From NCBI RefSeq assembly GCF_006345805.1, contig NW_021831989.1, positions 434,001 through 498,000 on the forward strand: 64,000 nucleotides of DNA, read 5' to 3'. Below are positions 52,761-64,000 of the stretch, one piece after another. A model generated the notes under the pieces. The model searched no databases, was not told the origin of the DNA, and saw only the letters and a list, made by a program, of their open reading frames with translations. Every line of letters starts with the position of its first letter. The stretch's first letter is position 1. This stretch comes from Octopus sinensis (lineage: Eukaryota). Position numbers and translations under genes: made by a program.

Positions 52761-53462
52761 TATTTTCCCGAAGAAATGAAACAGAATAAATAAAACAAAG
52801 GAAACCAGCTATTTCGACAGGGAAAATGCTGGCGAGAACGAAAAAAGGTGATACACAATTGCAAGTGATATCAGTTTCAGAAAACCGATCTCTTGAACTA
52901 AGTTTTTAAAATTTATTTTGAAGACGTGTTGCTTAGCTGTGGCAGAACATTATAATGAAATTACAAGTCAATCTCAGCACATTTTCTGCAAATAGAAAGA
53001 CTGGCTGGCGAGCCAGGTTCAGCTGACAAAATAGTGTTTGCTGGTTGAAAGAGAGAACATGTCCCATTATCTGTTCTTTCTATCGTCCGGTTATTGGTTA
53101 ATTGAATTTTTGTTAATATTTCAATCTAATCTGCGTGTGGTTGTACTACAACCAGCTTAGAAATTAATGAATAATACAAAATTATTGACAGGCAGCTGAG
53201 TGGTCGAGAATCTGTTGATAACTCTAGAGTGCCTTTTCCATTTCTGTGTCAAGATTTTTTTCAGCTGAATTTCCTCGCGGCATGCCAGCTCCGTACGTTG
53301 GTTGGCGGCAAAAAAAATTAAAGAATAAAGAAAACGCATCTTTTGTTTCGAAAAACACGTTTTAATTATTTTAAACACATAATTCACATTAATATCTATA
53401 AATAATCAATAATAATTGACTCAGCATGAATAGGATAATCAGCGTGATTGTGTTTGATTGCA

Positions 53463-53476
53463 CACGTGTATAAATA
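53463..53476 (+). promoter_or_regulatory. Abutting E-box and TATA box upstream of the peroxiredoxin
   Basis: CACGTG (53463-53468) directly followed by TATAAATA (53469-53476), which starts 32 nt before the ATG. Confidence 0.45.
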
Positions 53477-53500
53477 CGATTTTAACGAAATAATTCAGCA

Positions 53501-54190
53501 ATGGCTAATTTAATTGGAAACCCTGCTCCCAGTTTTGAAGGAACTGCTTACATCAATGGGAAATTCAAAACGATATCAAACCAGGATTATTTAGGAAAAT
53601 ACGTGGTCCTGTTCTTCTATCCTTGCGACTTGTATTTTGAGTTATTGCAATTCTTAGTACATTCGTGTGTCCCACTGAAATTGTCGCTTTTAACGATAGT
53701 TTGGAAGAATTCCAGAAACTTGACACTCAGTTGATATCTTGTTCAACTGACACCCATTTTTGTCACATGGCATGGTTAGCGATTTATTTCGTCATTTTAA
53801 GGACTCAAATCCCAACTAAAAGCGGGGGCCTTGGTAATATAGGGTTTCCAATGTTGGCTGATCGAAGTCAATCCATAAGCAGATCATACGGAGTTCTGGC
53901 CGAGAGTGGCAATGCATACAGGTAAATGACATGTTTTCTATAATATAATTAGAGGACTTTTTATAATAAACAGAAGTGGCGTCATTTGTCAAATAACAGT
54001 GAATGATATGCCGGTCGGGAGAAGTGTGGTTGAAACGTTGAGGTTAATCGAGGCTCTTCAATTTTATGACGTGAATGGCGAAGGTGCTTTTATTTTAGAA
54101 TTTTAAGTATGTCCTGCAAACTGGAAGCCAGGGGAACGAACAATGAAGCCGACCGTCAATGGTTCCAAGGAATACTTTGAAAACAATTAA
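53501..54190 (+). CDS. PRDX1: Typical 2-Cys peroxiredoxin (Prx1 subfamily), 193 aa, introns of 26, 27, 31 and 24 nt
   Basis: FFYPCDFTFVCPTE, GGLG, YRGLFII, GEVCPANW and the YF motif. Introns 53632-53657, 53775-53801, 53922-53952, 54084-54107. Confidence 0.95.
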
Positions 54191-54581
54191 TATAATTTAC
54201 TTGTTTGGTTTCAATTATTAACTTCTTGTTCATTATCCAATATCTCAAATTGTGATCAATAGAGAGATCTAGCTAAATCAACCCATGCCGAATTTAAGTC
54301 ATCTCTTTACTCCTTGGTTAAGCACCCTGTGTCACAGTCCGATAAAGAAACACGCCGTTAATGAAACGCCAACATCAATTTGACAAAAAATCATATCGAA
54401 AAAAAGATAAATTAATACAAATCGTCATTTGAAATGATTAAAACGTTGCGTTGTACGTTGTTCTTGTGGTACATTATCTTTCATTCTTTCATTTCTTTCA
54501 TTCATTCATCCATTTCTTTCTTTTATTTCTACTCTCTTTTGTTTCTTATCCCATTGTATTGTATTAATTTACCATATCCAC

Positions 54582-56712
54582 ATGGTTCTATCTATTTCTA
54601 AAAAATCACTTCCTTGCAATTCGTGCAAGCTAAGCAACCAGAGGAAAAACGGTTGCACGTGCTCCTCTTGCGAGTGTTTCTTTCATCTCTCTTGTGTCAA
54701 AATTTCCAAGTTGGCAGCCTCCACCTTATCGAGGTGAATCTGCCCCTCATGCCATCCCCTTGCCCCTTCCTCGCCTCCGGCATTTTCTACTGCTGTGCCT
54801 ATTTCCAATCTCTCCCATCCAATCATTCCCATTATATCTGTAAAAGATTTCCTCTTGTCGGTTGCCCGAGCTAAAAGAGTCCGCTCCATCCCAGTCAAAA
54901 TTCCTAAGGTTGCTCGGATTCTCGCGGCCGACACATTATCTTCCGTTATTAACAATGCACTTACTTCCAACGACCCATCAAGTTGGAACCATCTTTTCTG
55001 TTTCGGAATCATGGCCTTAGGCCTCCCTAAAGAGGCTACCCCCAAGCAGCCCAAGGGCTATAAAATTCATTCCATTTCTAATTCCTCCCGATTTAAAGCC
55101 AATATCTCCGCCTATATGTCATGCCCCTCGGATTTCTCCAGTTGGTTAGGTGTCTCCCCAAGTTCTTGCAGAACTAAAAACGAAGCACCCCAATCCTCCG
55201 GATGACCAACGGCCCTTTATCGTCCATTCTGACCTTCCAAACTCTCATGTTTCTAAAGAGGAAGTTCTTGATGCCATTAATTCTCTGGCGACCGGTAGTT
55301 GTGGCGGCATAGACGGTCTCCGCCCTGGGCACGTCAAAGATATGCTATCAAATCATACCTGTGAGGCTGGTCAGCGCCTTCTATCTTCTCTAACGGCTCT
55401 TACGAACAGAATCCTGAATGCCGAAATTCCTGAACACGCCCGCGACCTATTTTTCGCTGCCAATCTCACTGCACTCCGGAAGAAAGAAGGCGGCATTCGC
55501 CCCATCAACATCAGTTATGATGTTCACCGTTTCTCTGTTGCCCATTGTTCTATCGAGTCATTACTTCCTAACATCCATGTCACTTCGCCCGGAAATCTCA
55601 AGATTCTGGGTTCCCCGATTTTTCACTCCGGTGTTGTTTCTACCTTATCAGAAAAAACATCAAACCTTGCGTCAATGTCCTGTAATCTTGGTATCATCGA
55701 TTCCCATTCGGCCCTGTTCTTATTGAGGAACTGTTTCGCCATTCCTAAACTACTGTTTACCCTCAGAAGCGCACCATGCTTTGCCAATCCCGAGAGTCTT
55801 TCCAGATTCGACCATGCCCTTAGGACTTGCCTCGAATCAATATGTAATGCACCATTCGACGATCTTGGCTGGGAACAGGCAATACTCCCTATCAGTCATG
55901 GCAGCATCGGTGTGCGCTCAGCCACTGACCTTTCTTTGCCAGCATTCCTTTCCTCCACACATGCCACGAGCACCCTTGTCCAAGAGATTCTCCAACCCTT
56001 TTCCGAATCCTCTTTGGACACAGAGTCAGTCGCCGCAAAAAGCCGCTGGCTTGGGTTGTCTCTTGAGCTTCTTCAGAATCCGCACGCACAGGTCGAATGG
56101 GACAGGATCCTCTGCGACCAGAAGTTAAACAACCTCAAGCCTAAGCTTAACCAACATCGCTTGGCTTGCTTGTTGGCTGCCTCACAACCATATTCGGAGG
56201 CTTGGTTGACCGCTATCCCAATGGGTTCTATTGGAACCTTATTGGACGATGATTGCCTGCGGATCGGCATATCACTGCGCCTAGGTCTGAACGTATGCCG
56301 GGAACACCGGTGTCGCTGTGGATCGACCGTTGACCCCTTTGGATTGCACCCGTTATCGTGCCAAAGAAGTCCCGGACGCTTCCCTCGACATACGGCTCTG
56401 AACGACATAGTCAAGCGGACTCTAAAACTGCCGGATTCCCTTCACAGCTGGAACCGGTCGGGCTGGCTCGGGAGGATGGTAAACGTCCTGATGGTCTAAC
56501 GACCTTCCCATTTGAAAATGGCAAGTCTCTCATCTGGGACGCCACTTGCACGGATACCTTCTCCGCCGGGAACATCTTGACGTCGGCTTCAGAGCCAGGC
56601 TCCGCAGCCAACCTGGCCGAAACGCTAAAAATCAAGAAATACAGTGCATTATCTCACCGCCATATCTTTGCCCATCGGGAGTCCTCGGCCCCAGAACTAA
56701 AAATTTCTCGAT
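54582..56712 (+). mobile_element. CRE-like (RLE) LINE with N-terminal PHD finger; RT core deleted and 3' end truncated
   Basis: CNSC..CTCSSC..FHLSC..[TGA]ICPSC; GGIDGLRPGH, KKEGGIRPI, LGSPI, AIPKLLFTLR, CRCG..HPLSC, RH..LND, DGKRPDG, WDATCTDT. Confidence 0.9.
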
Positions 56713-56750
56713 GTTACAAAGAATCTTCCTTTCCACGTTTCGAAAGAATG

Positions 56751-58792
56751 TCACCATAAATCCAAAGCTGTATAGTAAATGACAAAAATTTCATACGAAA
56801 AAAAATCAAAAAAATTTTTATTTTGAATAATATTTAAAAGCGATGGAATTAATGCTATTTTCTCAAGTTTATTAGGATCCAACCGCATCAGCGCCGCCAA
56901 CAAAAAATCAAAATATAAGGTCAGTCCGCCACTAATACCACGTTGTTTGCCTATATCTTCCTTATGCTCACAATAAAAACCAAAGTCCCGCAATGCTCCC
57001 CAGCCAATTTCTACCCCGTTCATAGAAATAATAAAATGATGTCCCCTGATCTAGAATATACAACGAAACTGACTTTATTTGTAAAATATTCAAATTGGTC
57101 ATTTAAATATTTCGATTCTTTATCATGTCTCGGGACGACGATTGTACTCGTGTGGCTGACTGGGGCGAGATTATTTCCGGACTAAAAACTTAGTAAAACT
57201 AAAACCCCCATTTTATAAAATGGAATATTATAGGAGATTACAAAATTCTAAACGTTTTTAAATCAGAAAACTTGAGTTTTTCCATCGTCATATTTTCGAT
57301 TTCCACTAAAGTCGTTCTCCAATATCCTTCGAACCACCAACCGTCGGGCATAGCCAATGACCGTCTTCTATTGAGAATTATCTGATTGACAAAACAGCAA
57401 AAAGTTCAGATTTTCCCGACGCAGTTATGCAAATATCCCCGTTCTGGAGATTAAGTAGCGCAATCAAAGCTTGTTTAGTTTCAGAACAATAATCGGTGAC
57501 GTCTTCTCCAATTAGTTCGTTTTCTTCAAATAGTCCATCGGACTTTTGGCAAAAGAAACACAAAATCTGGATTGTTGTGAGAAAATACCATATTAAAATA
57601 TTTCTGACCAGTTTTTTCTCTGATCGAGTTAATATCAGCGATCGTCAAATTCTAACAAAATAGAACTCTCTTGACTACATATTGCCTGGGGATTTTGATT
57701 GCAAACGTGCATGAACTCTCTGCTTTCGGGAAAAATTTGTGGATAATCTCAGGAATGTGAGACACATTGACCAACTAGAACTAGAGGAAACGGCATACTT
57801 TCATGTCATCGAGACGCAAGTCCGGCTTATAATCCCCGTAGACTTCAAAAACATCTTCATATTTCAAAACATTCAATTTTGTTTTTCCTGGAGAGGCAAA
57901 AGTCTCACTCATTGATTTTGCGAGTTCAATAACGTCTGAAAGGGAGTTCGTTTTAATCTCCATCTCGAAGCAGGTGTCCTCTGTCGGCGTCCCCGTTGGA
58001 TTCTGTCTGAAGGATCGGACTACCTGAAAGTATTTTTCAGCCGTAATATATGGTTTAAACTAGTCACATTATGAGACAGAAATCAGACCGAAAAGCTATC
58101 GTTCGGAAGCACAAACAATTTGTTTTCGCGGCTTGTCTTTACCTCCATTTCTATCTTTAATAATAATTTAGAAATAGTACGTCATTCGACGACTGGACAG
58201 GCAAATAAGGAGTTTCGATCTCAATAAATTCTACAAAAGAATGAGCAATTTTATTCAACCATTTTTGTATAGAAAAGTCCTAATTTTGTGCATCAATTCA
58301 GATCTCCTTTTCAAGTATTTCTGAACCTCAATTTCCCTTATTTTTTTAATAAATGTATACGAATCACACTAAAAGAATACAAATTGGGGAATAAACCAAA
58401 TGCTCATCCAAAACCAAATGTTTGCAGACTTTCACATGTGTCTTGCCACCCTTCTTAGACTTGTAAACGATTCCGTGTACAACTGCCGTTGATAGTGGGG
58501 ATATCTGAAATTAGCTAATCAGACTAACCGAATGTACCTCCTTCCTTTTATAGCGGAGCAAGACAGAGCCATAAAAGTCAGACATTCGAGCTTCAGGGTA
58601 ACGACCATACTTGATGGAAGAGATCCATCCGCAGAGTACTACGGTTTTTCCCGAGTATTCAGACCCAACCTCTTCGCAGGTGTGGGTACGATAGGAATAC
58701 GATGAATTCGACCTTGATTTGTCCGTGATAATTTGAGATTGAAAGGCAGTGGGTATTAATTTATACCGACGCCGCACCACGAAAGACAGCAT
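56751..58792 (-). CDS. DARS2: Mitochondrial aspartyl-tRNA synthetase-like protein with degenerate catalytic motifs
   Basis: Transit-like N-terminus, YRTHTCEEV..VVLCGWI (OB fold), motif 1 RTFLYKNEFIEIETPYL, YFQVVRSFR, YGDYKPDLR, GAD-like region, MNGVEIGWGALR, GGLTLYFDFL. One exon junction near 58.35 kb is ambiguous. Confidence 0.75.
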
Positions 58793-58895
58793 GTCATTTA
58801 TTTAAATAATTATAACTTTAATACAATTTTGTTAAAATAGACATTTCTTGTATAGCTTGTTGATCTTCCTTATATATGCATGGTCTACAAATTAG

Positions 58896-59662
58896 TTAGT
58901 TAGTTACCCCGGCTTCTCTAGCATGTAGGAAGCCGGCTGCAATCAGGTAGCGGACAGCGGCGATCGGGCGCTCCCAGAGATCCCGAATCCCAATAGGTGG
59001 CGACTGGTGAGGCGGTCCAGGACAGGAAAAAATGTCTTCAGGGGCGAGGGTGCGGAGTGTTTCGAAAAAGAGTGGATGATGTCCCGAGCGAAGTCGTGCA
59101 AGCTGGACACGGAAGTATCTGTCGAGTGATTGCTCTGAAGGATGGACTGGTGGCGGAGGAGAATCAAGGAGTTTGTTATTTTTATGCATCCTGATAGCAC
59201 GAGTTGAGATGTAATCGTGAATTAATTTCTTCCCAGTTTTCCCATTGTTCGTTAAGAGTATTTTTGAGAGAGGTCTGCATTGATCGGCTAGAGTAGTGAT
59301 AATATGTCTTTTGTTTTCTGAGATAGAGATTTTGTGGCATGGATGAGATATTTCTTGTATTTCGTAGAGGAATTGAAGTCCTCTCATCTCCAAATGGTCT
59401 TTGAACGGAAGGATACAAGATTCCCAATGAAGATGATCGATGGGAGTGGCAGCCAGTTATTGTGCTGAGGCCTGAGTTTTGGATTCTTTGTAGTTCTTGG
59501 AGATTTGATAGAGAAAGGTTCCATGACCAAGCCGGACTACCATAGTTCATTGATGATCTGACAAATTGTCTGTAGACCAGAGCGAGGCATTCCTTGGCTT
59601 GGCCATAAGATTGTCATGATAAGGCACATAATGCGTTCAGCTTGAGTTTGACTTTGGTGGAA
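58896..59662 (-). mobile_element. 5'-truncated I/Jockey-group LINE with 16-bp TSD
   Basis: MNYGSPAW..LQRIQN..ITGCH, LARLRSGH and a (TAAC)n tail. TSD ATGGTCTACAAATTAG at 58880-58895 and 59663-59678. Confidence 0.9.
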
Positions 59663-59821
59663 ATGGTCTACAAATTAGGAGTTTTTACACGATTAAATAC
59701 AGTAAGAATATATATGTTGGAGGTTCTGGAAATATATTTTTAATCGAAAATTTAAAATAGGAGTTTGTCTTTAAAATTAAGACTATTGTGATCTGTTTAT
59801 TATTCACAAACCTTTAAAATC

Positions 59822-61632
59822 ATGTTTAAACTATGTTCGGTTTTATTCATGTCGGTAGAAATAAAAATTACATAAAAGGCCATGATTAAACAGTTGGATG
59901 ATGGAGTGATCATTGGATGGCAAATCCACTTGATGTTGGATCCTCTGAAGAATTAGTCGATACAATCAGAGTATTTAATGGAAATATTTTTTTTAATTAC
60001 AAAATTTGTTTTATGTGGGATTTAATAATAAATTGTATTCAAGGATACGAAATTTGAATGGAAGAGTCCACTCATATTGCCGATAGCGAAACCTGGGAAA
60101 TGGAGGAAAGATGGTTGCCCGAGAGGATGCTTGTATCTCTCGGATGTCAAACAAATGTGGAGTCTAGTGGCATTGTAGAACCGGAGGAAATGAAAGAAGA
60201 TGTTCAGGAACAATCTCCAGATACCAGTACTGAATGTGAGACTGAATCACAAAATATACAAAGTGAGGAAAGCTCGTTTGTTGGATCCGGAGAAGTTATC
60301 GAAATCCCAACTCAGTCACAGGAATCAATTGGAAAGGCAAGTTCCATTCCCACAAATAAAGAAGAGAATTTTTTCGAAAAGGAGACTCTATGGGATCTGA
60401 GTTCAATTTCAGGTGGCTAACTACCACTATGTTTAGACTGGGACAAAAATGAATATAGGAATGAAGGACGTCTCGCAAAAGTTCACTTGCCAAAACTGCT
60501 CAGATATCACGGGGAACTCGAACTCGCAAAAATGTCAAACTCCGTTGTGAGTCACGAGCTTTACTGGGAAACAAAATTACCTCTGAATTTAGAGGAATTA
60601 TCGTCAGAGGATGAACAATTAGAAGATAAAAACGACTTAATAATCGAGAGTAACAATTTGCAACTTGAGTTTATAGATGCAACTAGCCACTTCATCCTTC
60701 CAAAAAGACCGCAGTTTAAAAGCATTGCAAAAATACTGCTGAACCCCAATAAACCCCCAAGCACAATAAAACCCGGCAACCAACCTACGACAATCAAAAA
60801 AAAGATTTACAAAATTCAGAGGGAAAAGACTGAGTAAGATTCGACATAAATTCACTCTAATAGTGTCGGAAGTAAAAAAAGAACATTGACCCAAACAAAT
60901 TTCAGAAAGAATAAGGAGGAAAGTAATTCATAATTTTATGACCAAAATAGCGTTTGCCAGCGACTCGAACGTCGTTTCTTATAAATTGTCGTCCAAACGT
61001 TTTGAAGAGTGGACTATGCGGAATTACGAGTCATCTGAGTTGACAGATCAGGTCGTTAAAACCACCACGAAACAAAGTTGTCCAAAAAAGGAAAAACTAG
61101 AAAATACCATAAAAATTGACCAGAAATTCCCGGCCGAGTATTTTATCCGCTTTTATGATACCGGGGAAAAATTTATGGAAGGTTCAAGCATGTCCGATTA
61201 TATTATATTGTATTCGGTAGTCTCTGATTCTATTAAGTTATAAATCTGGAAATGTGGCAATTTTAATGTTTGAGATGAGTGACGGACATGTGATCGGCCT
61301 ATTCTACGATGACTTGGACAGTCCGTCGGCTTTGCTTGGAGTTTACACCTCGACATCTGGGGTCACGTTTCATTCTCGTACTGGCCAAAACAAGTACCTG
61401 TGATCTTGATTAGCTCTGTTGAACTATACTGTCAATTAACGGCCGTCTACAAGTTCTTAATTCTGGGGGAAATTTTTTGCCGAATGGACTCGAAAGCAGG
61501 AAATTAATAATTGGAAGAATCAATGCTTACATGGCAGTGCATTTGAACGAAGAACATGTAGTTATTTACTTCAACTGTGGGAAGAATAACACAACGGTCA
61601 AACTACAATTATTTCCAGAAGTAGTTGAGTAG
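59822..61632 (+). CDS. ERICH6/FAM194-domain protein (start uncertain)
   Basis: Glu-rich N-terminal exons. C-terminal RFYDTGEKF..YKSGNVAI..ALLGVYTSTSG..INAYMAV resembles the FAM194 domain (recalled homology). Confidence 0.55.
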
Positions 61633-61804
61633 TGTAATGGGTTTAGATGTCTTGTACTAATTTATACTCCAAACGGGATTGCAAATTGTTTAAAAAGTGG
61701 AGAAAAGTATTGAAAAATATGCAGATTAAATTAACACTTTTTACATAACAGAAATATTTTTAATAACTTACGGCGACTGAACAAAATTGGGAAAAAATTG
61801 AGTT

Positions 61805-62690
61805 AACAGATCCTGATGAGATCATTTAGAGCAGCGTGCCGTGGGATACGGCCAGCGCTGCGTCTACACGATGGAGCGTGCAGACCAAAGCGACAGATTT
61901 TCGCACCACAGCGGACATGTGGCTCACATACGCGAAGACCGAGGCGTAAACAAACCCCTGTTTTAACGGATTCATTGTCCAGAATGTTACTAATACTTGG
62001 CAGTGAAGTTATATTTAACCAGGCACCGCTGTGGGACGACGGGCCGTCTCAAAGGAGGCCAAACGATGTTGATCGATGGATGCACGGAATGATTTAATAC
62101 GCGATTGAAGGCGAATTTCGTCCCAAGTAAATTGCCTTTGCGGAAGGTCCGGAATTTCGATACCAAGCGAGTACCACTTCAGGACCGCGATGATAACTTA
62201 GGAGGCAATTAATGTTCAAACTTAGTTGAGAGAACCGTGCCCATGAGTTTCAGGCACGAAGAAAGTGACGAAAAGTACGCAGGCAGTGCGATATTATTCG
62301 GACACCAAAGTCCGAGGTCTCCGTGACGTATAGGGAGTGATGCTTGGCTCCAATCCTAAGAATTAAATTCAACATTGCATATAGATTCAATCTTCGAGCA
62401 AAGAGTTTCCAAAATCAGTGAGGATGTTTTCATGCAGAAAGCATGGTGCGCTTTTGAGGAAGTAAAGCAATTTGGGCAGAGCATAAAAGTTTTTGGCGAG
62501 AAACAAGCCGACGTGGATGTCCAAGGTTGTGAGGCGGTCCAACAAACAGATGAGCTTGGAATGTTTAATACGAAGATCAGACTCAATAGCGGTTGATAGA
62601 ATAAGGGATCCGAGAATCTGGAGATCGTTGACATCAGTCGTGTGTACTTTACCAAGGCCAGTGCGAAGGGACGATAATAGTTGGCAATAA
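61805..62690 (-). mobile_element. Degenerate CRE-like LINE remnant
   Basis: LPKLLYFLKSAPC, WSQASLPIRHG.LG, HSGAWLN, LRLGLRVCEPH.RCG..HAPSC..GRIPRHAALND. Confidence 0.85.
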
Positions 62691-62699
62691 CTGTTAATA

Positions 62700-63993
62700 T
62701 CCAATTATATCTATCGTTAAAATTTTTATATCTTCTAACATCATATGATCCGCATCTTTTATTTGGACTTTTTGCCGTTAAATAATAATTCGAATCGGAT
62801 ACCTAAGTATCATTTTTGATATTTTCCAGTGGCATTTTTGGTAAATAGCAAATGCCACAGTCTTCATCTCCATTTCATTTCCATACAGATAATCAATTTG
62901 TGTTTTTGGTTATTCTCGTCCTTTGGATAAAGACTATGAATTGAAAGTTAAAAATACCGATCATTAATTATCATAAATTGATTTGCTTTTTTATAAGTTT
63001 GTATTTTTCGGTTTTAGATTTAGTTTGTACGGGTTTTTGAGTAGAACATTTACAAGATTTTGGTGTTCATTGTCATTTTTCACGTAACATAAGGATTGAG
63101 ACCAGTGTTCCCTCTAAGCGAGTGGTAGCTACGCGCGCTGGGCACATTGCATTGTGCAGCGTTATAAAGTGACGTGTGCAAAAAATTTTTGGGGGGGAAA
63201 ATTTTACAATTAAAAAACCAATGGTTAAAAAAATAGGTCTAGTCAATTGGATATTCTCTTCTGTTTTTATTTTGTATCCAAAATTTGTATACTCGATCAA
63301 GATCACTGTATTCCCACTTGTTAAGAACTTGATTCGCATGATCATCTCCAAATGGTCAATCTCAAGTCTATTACGTAGTTTAGTTTTGATACAGTTCAGC
63401 AAACTAAATCCACGTTCAGCATCAGCACTCGACGCTTGAAATGTGCCACAAATATCCACAAATGTTGCAGTGGCTGAAAATTTTTTCTCCGCTAGTATAT
63501 AGTAAATTACATCTTCAAATGTTTTCAAAGCACCAGAGTGCAGTTTTTCTTTTAAAATAAATAAATTTTTGAATCTGGTGTTAAGGTTTCGACGTACTCT
63601 ATCAACCATTCCGGCTTAAAAGAAGGAGAATTTTTCTTAAGTCTCATATCAATATTATAGACACGTTTTCGTTTTGAAATGAAAATAAGAATATATAAAT
63701 TCATATAAAAAATTAAAAAAAATAGCAATTTTTAATATTATACTTTCTACTGCGCAGAAAAAAATTTCGCTGCGCAGCAAGGTGCAAACTGCTGCGCGGC
63801 CGCGCACGCGCGCAGCTTAGAGGGAACACTGATTGAGACTATCCTGATACATCTTTGAGAAGATACCATCTTTTAATTAAAATGACACTAAACCCTCTTT
63901 AAATAAATTATTTTCGTTATTAATTGAATGTCGAACTATGTAGGTCACGCTGTCAACAATGAAGGTCGCTCTGGTCGCCAGCGTGGGGATACA
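62700..63993 (-). mobile_element. Ginger-like family 2 5' fragment, interrupted by a hAT
   Basis: 62820-62995 aligns with 8820-9005, and 63845-63990 aligns with 9005-9135 plus 15245-15271. Terminus TGTATCCCCACGCTGGCGACC at 63993. Confidence 0.75.
63103..63831 (-). mobile_element. Non-autonomous hAT element (729 bp) retaining the dimerisation domain
   Basis: TIR CAGTGTTCCCTCTAAGC at both ends and a perfect TSD ATTGAGAC (63095-63102, 63832-63839). SSADAERGFSLLNCIKTKLRNRL motif. Confidence 0.93.
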
Positions 63994-64000
63994 TATTCCA

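Noticed and set aside
54720-54740. In-frame TGA at a Trp position, suggesting an alternative genetic code
   Set aside because: Host genes end in TGA (RAB23), TAG (PSMD11, CLPTM1L) and TAA (IF, PRDX) and use TGG for Trp. This is a TE mutation.

Overview
AT-rich eukaryotic (animal) nuclear DNA with very short spliceosomal introns (about 19-38 nt, mostly 23-31 nt, GT-AG). Because of these introns the ORF track fragments or misses most genes. The micro-introns, a protostome-type cytoplasmic intermediate filament and very divergent proteins fit a dicyemid mesozoan best (inference, not proven). About 1-15.3 kb is almost all transposon DNA, including a nest of up to five layers: Tc1 > Ginger-like > CRE-like LINE > Ginger-like > Jockey/I-like LINE. 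From about 16 to 62 kb the region is gene-dense: TRAIP, PSMD11, cytoplasmic IF, a PDZ protein, RAB23, cyclophilin B, CLPTM1L, a GRIP golgin, THADA, MRTF, cyclin E-like, 2-Cys peroxiredoxin, a degenerate mitochondrial AspRS-like gene, an ERICH6-like gene and two orphan paralogs, with hAT, RTE, CRE and LINE insertions between them. Main observations: twin-priming-type 5' inversions in two non-L1 retrotransposon clades (RTE and CRE-like), an apparently non-catalytic mito-AspRS, host-sized micro-introns inside transposase genes, and many stopless 3n micro-introns. All exon models were built by hand from splice sites and recalled homology, with no database searches. Many 1-nt frameshifts lie in homopolymer runs and may be assembly errors. 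No rRNA, tRNA or CRISPR array was recognised.
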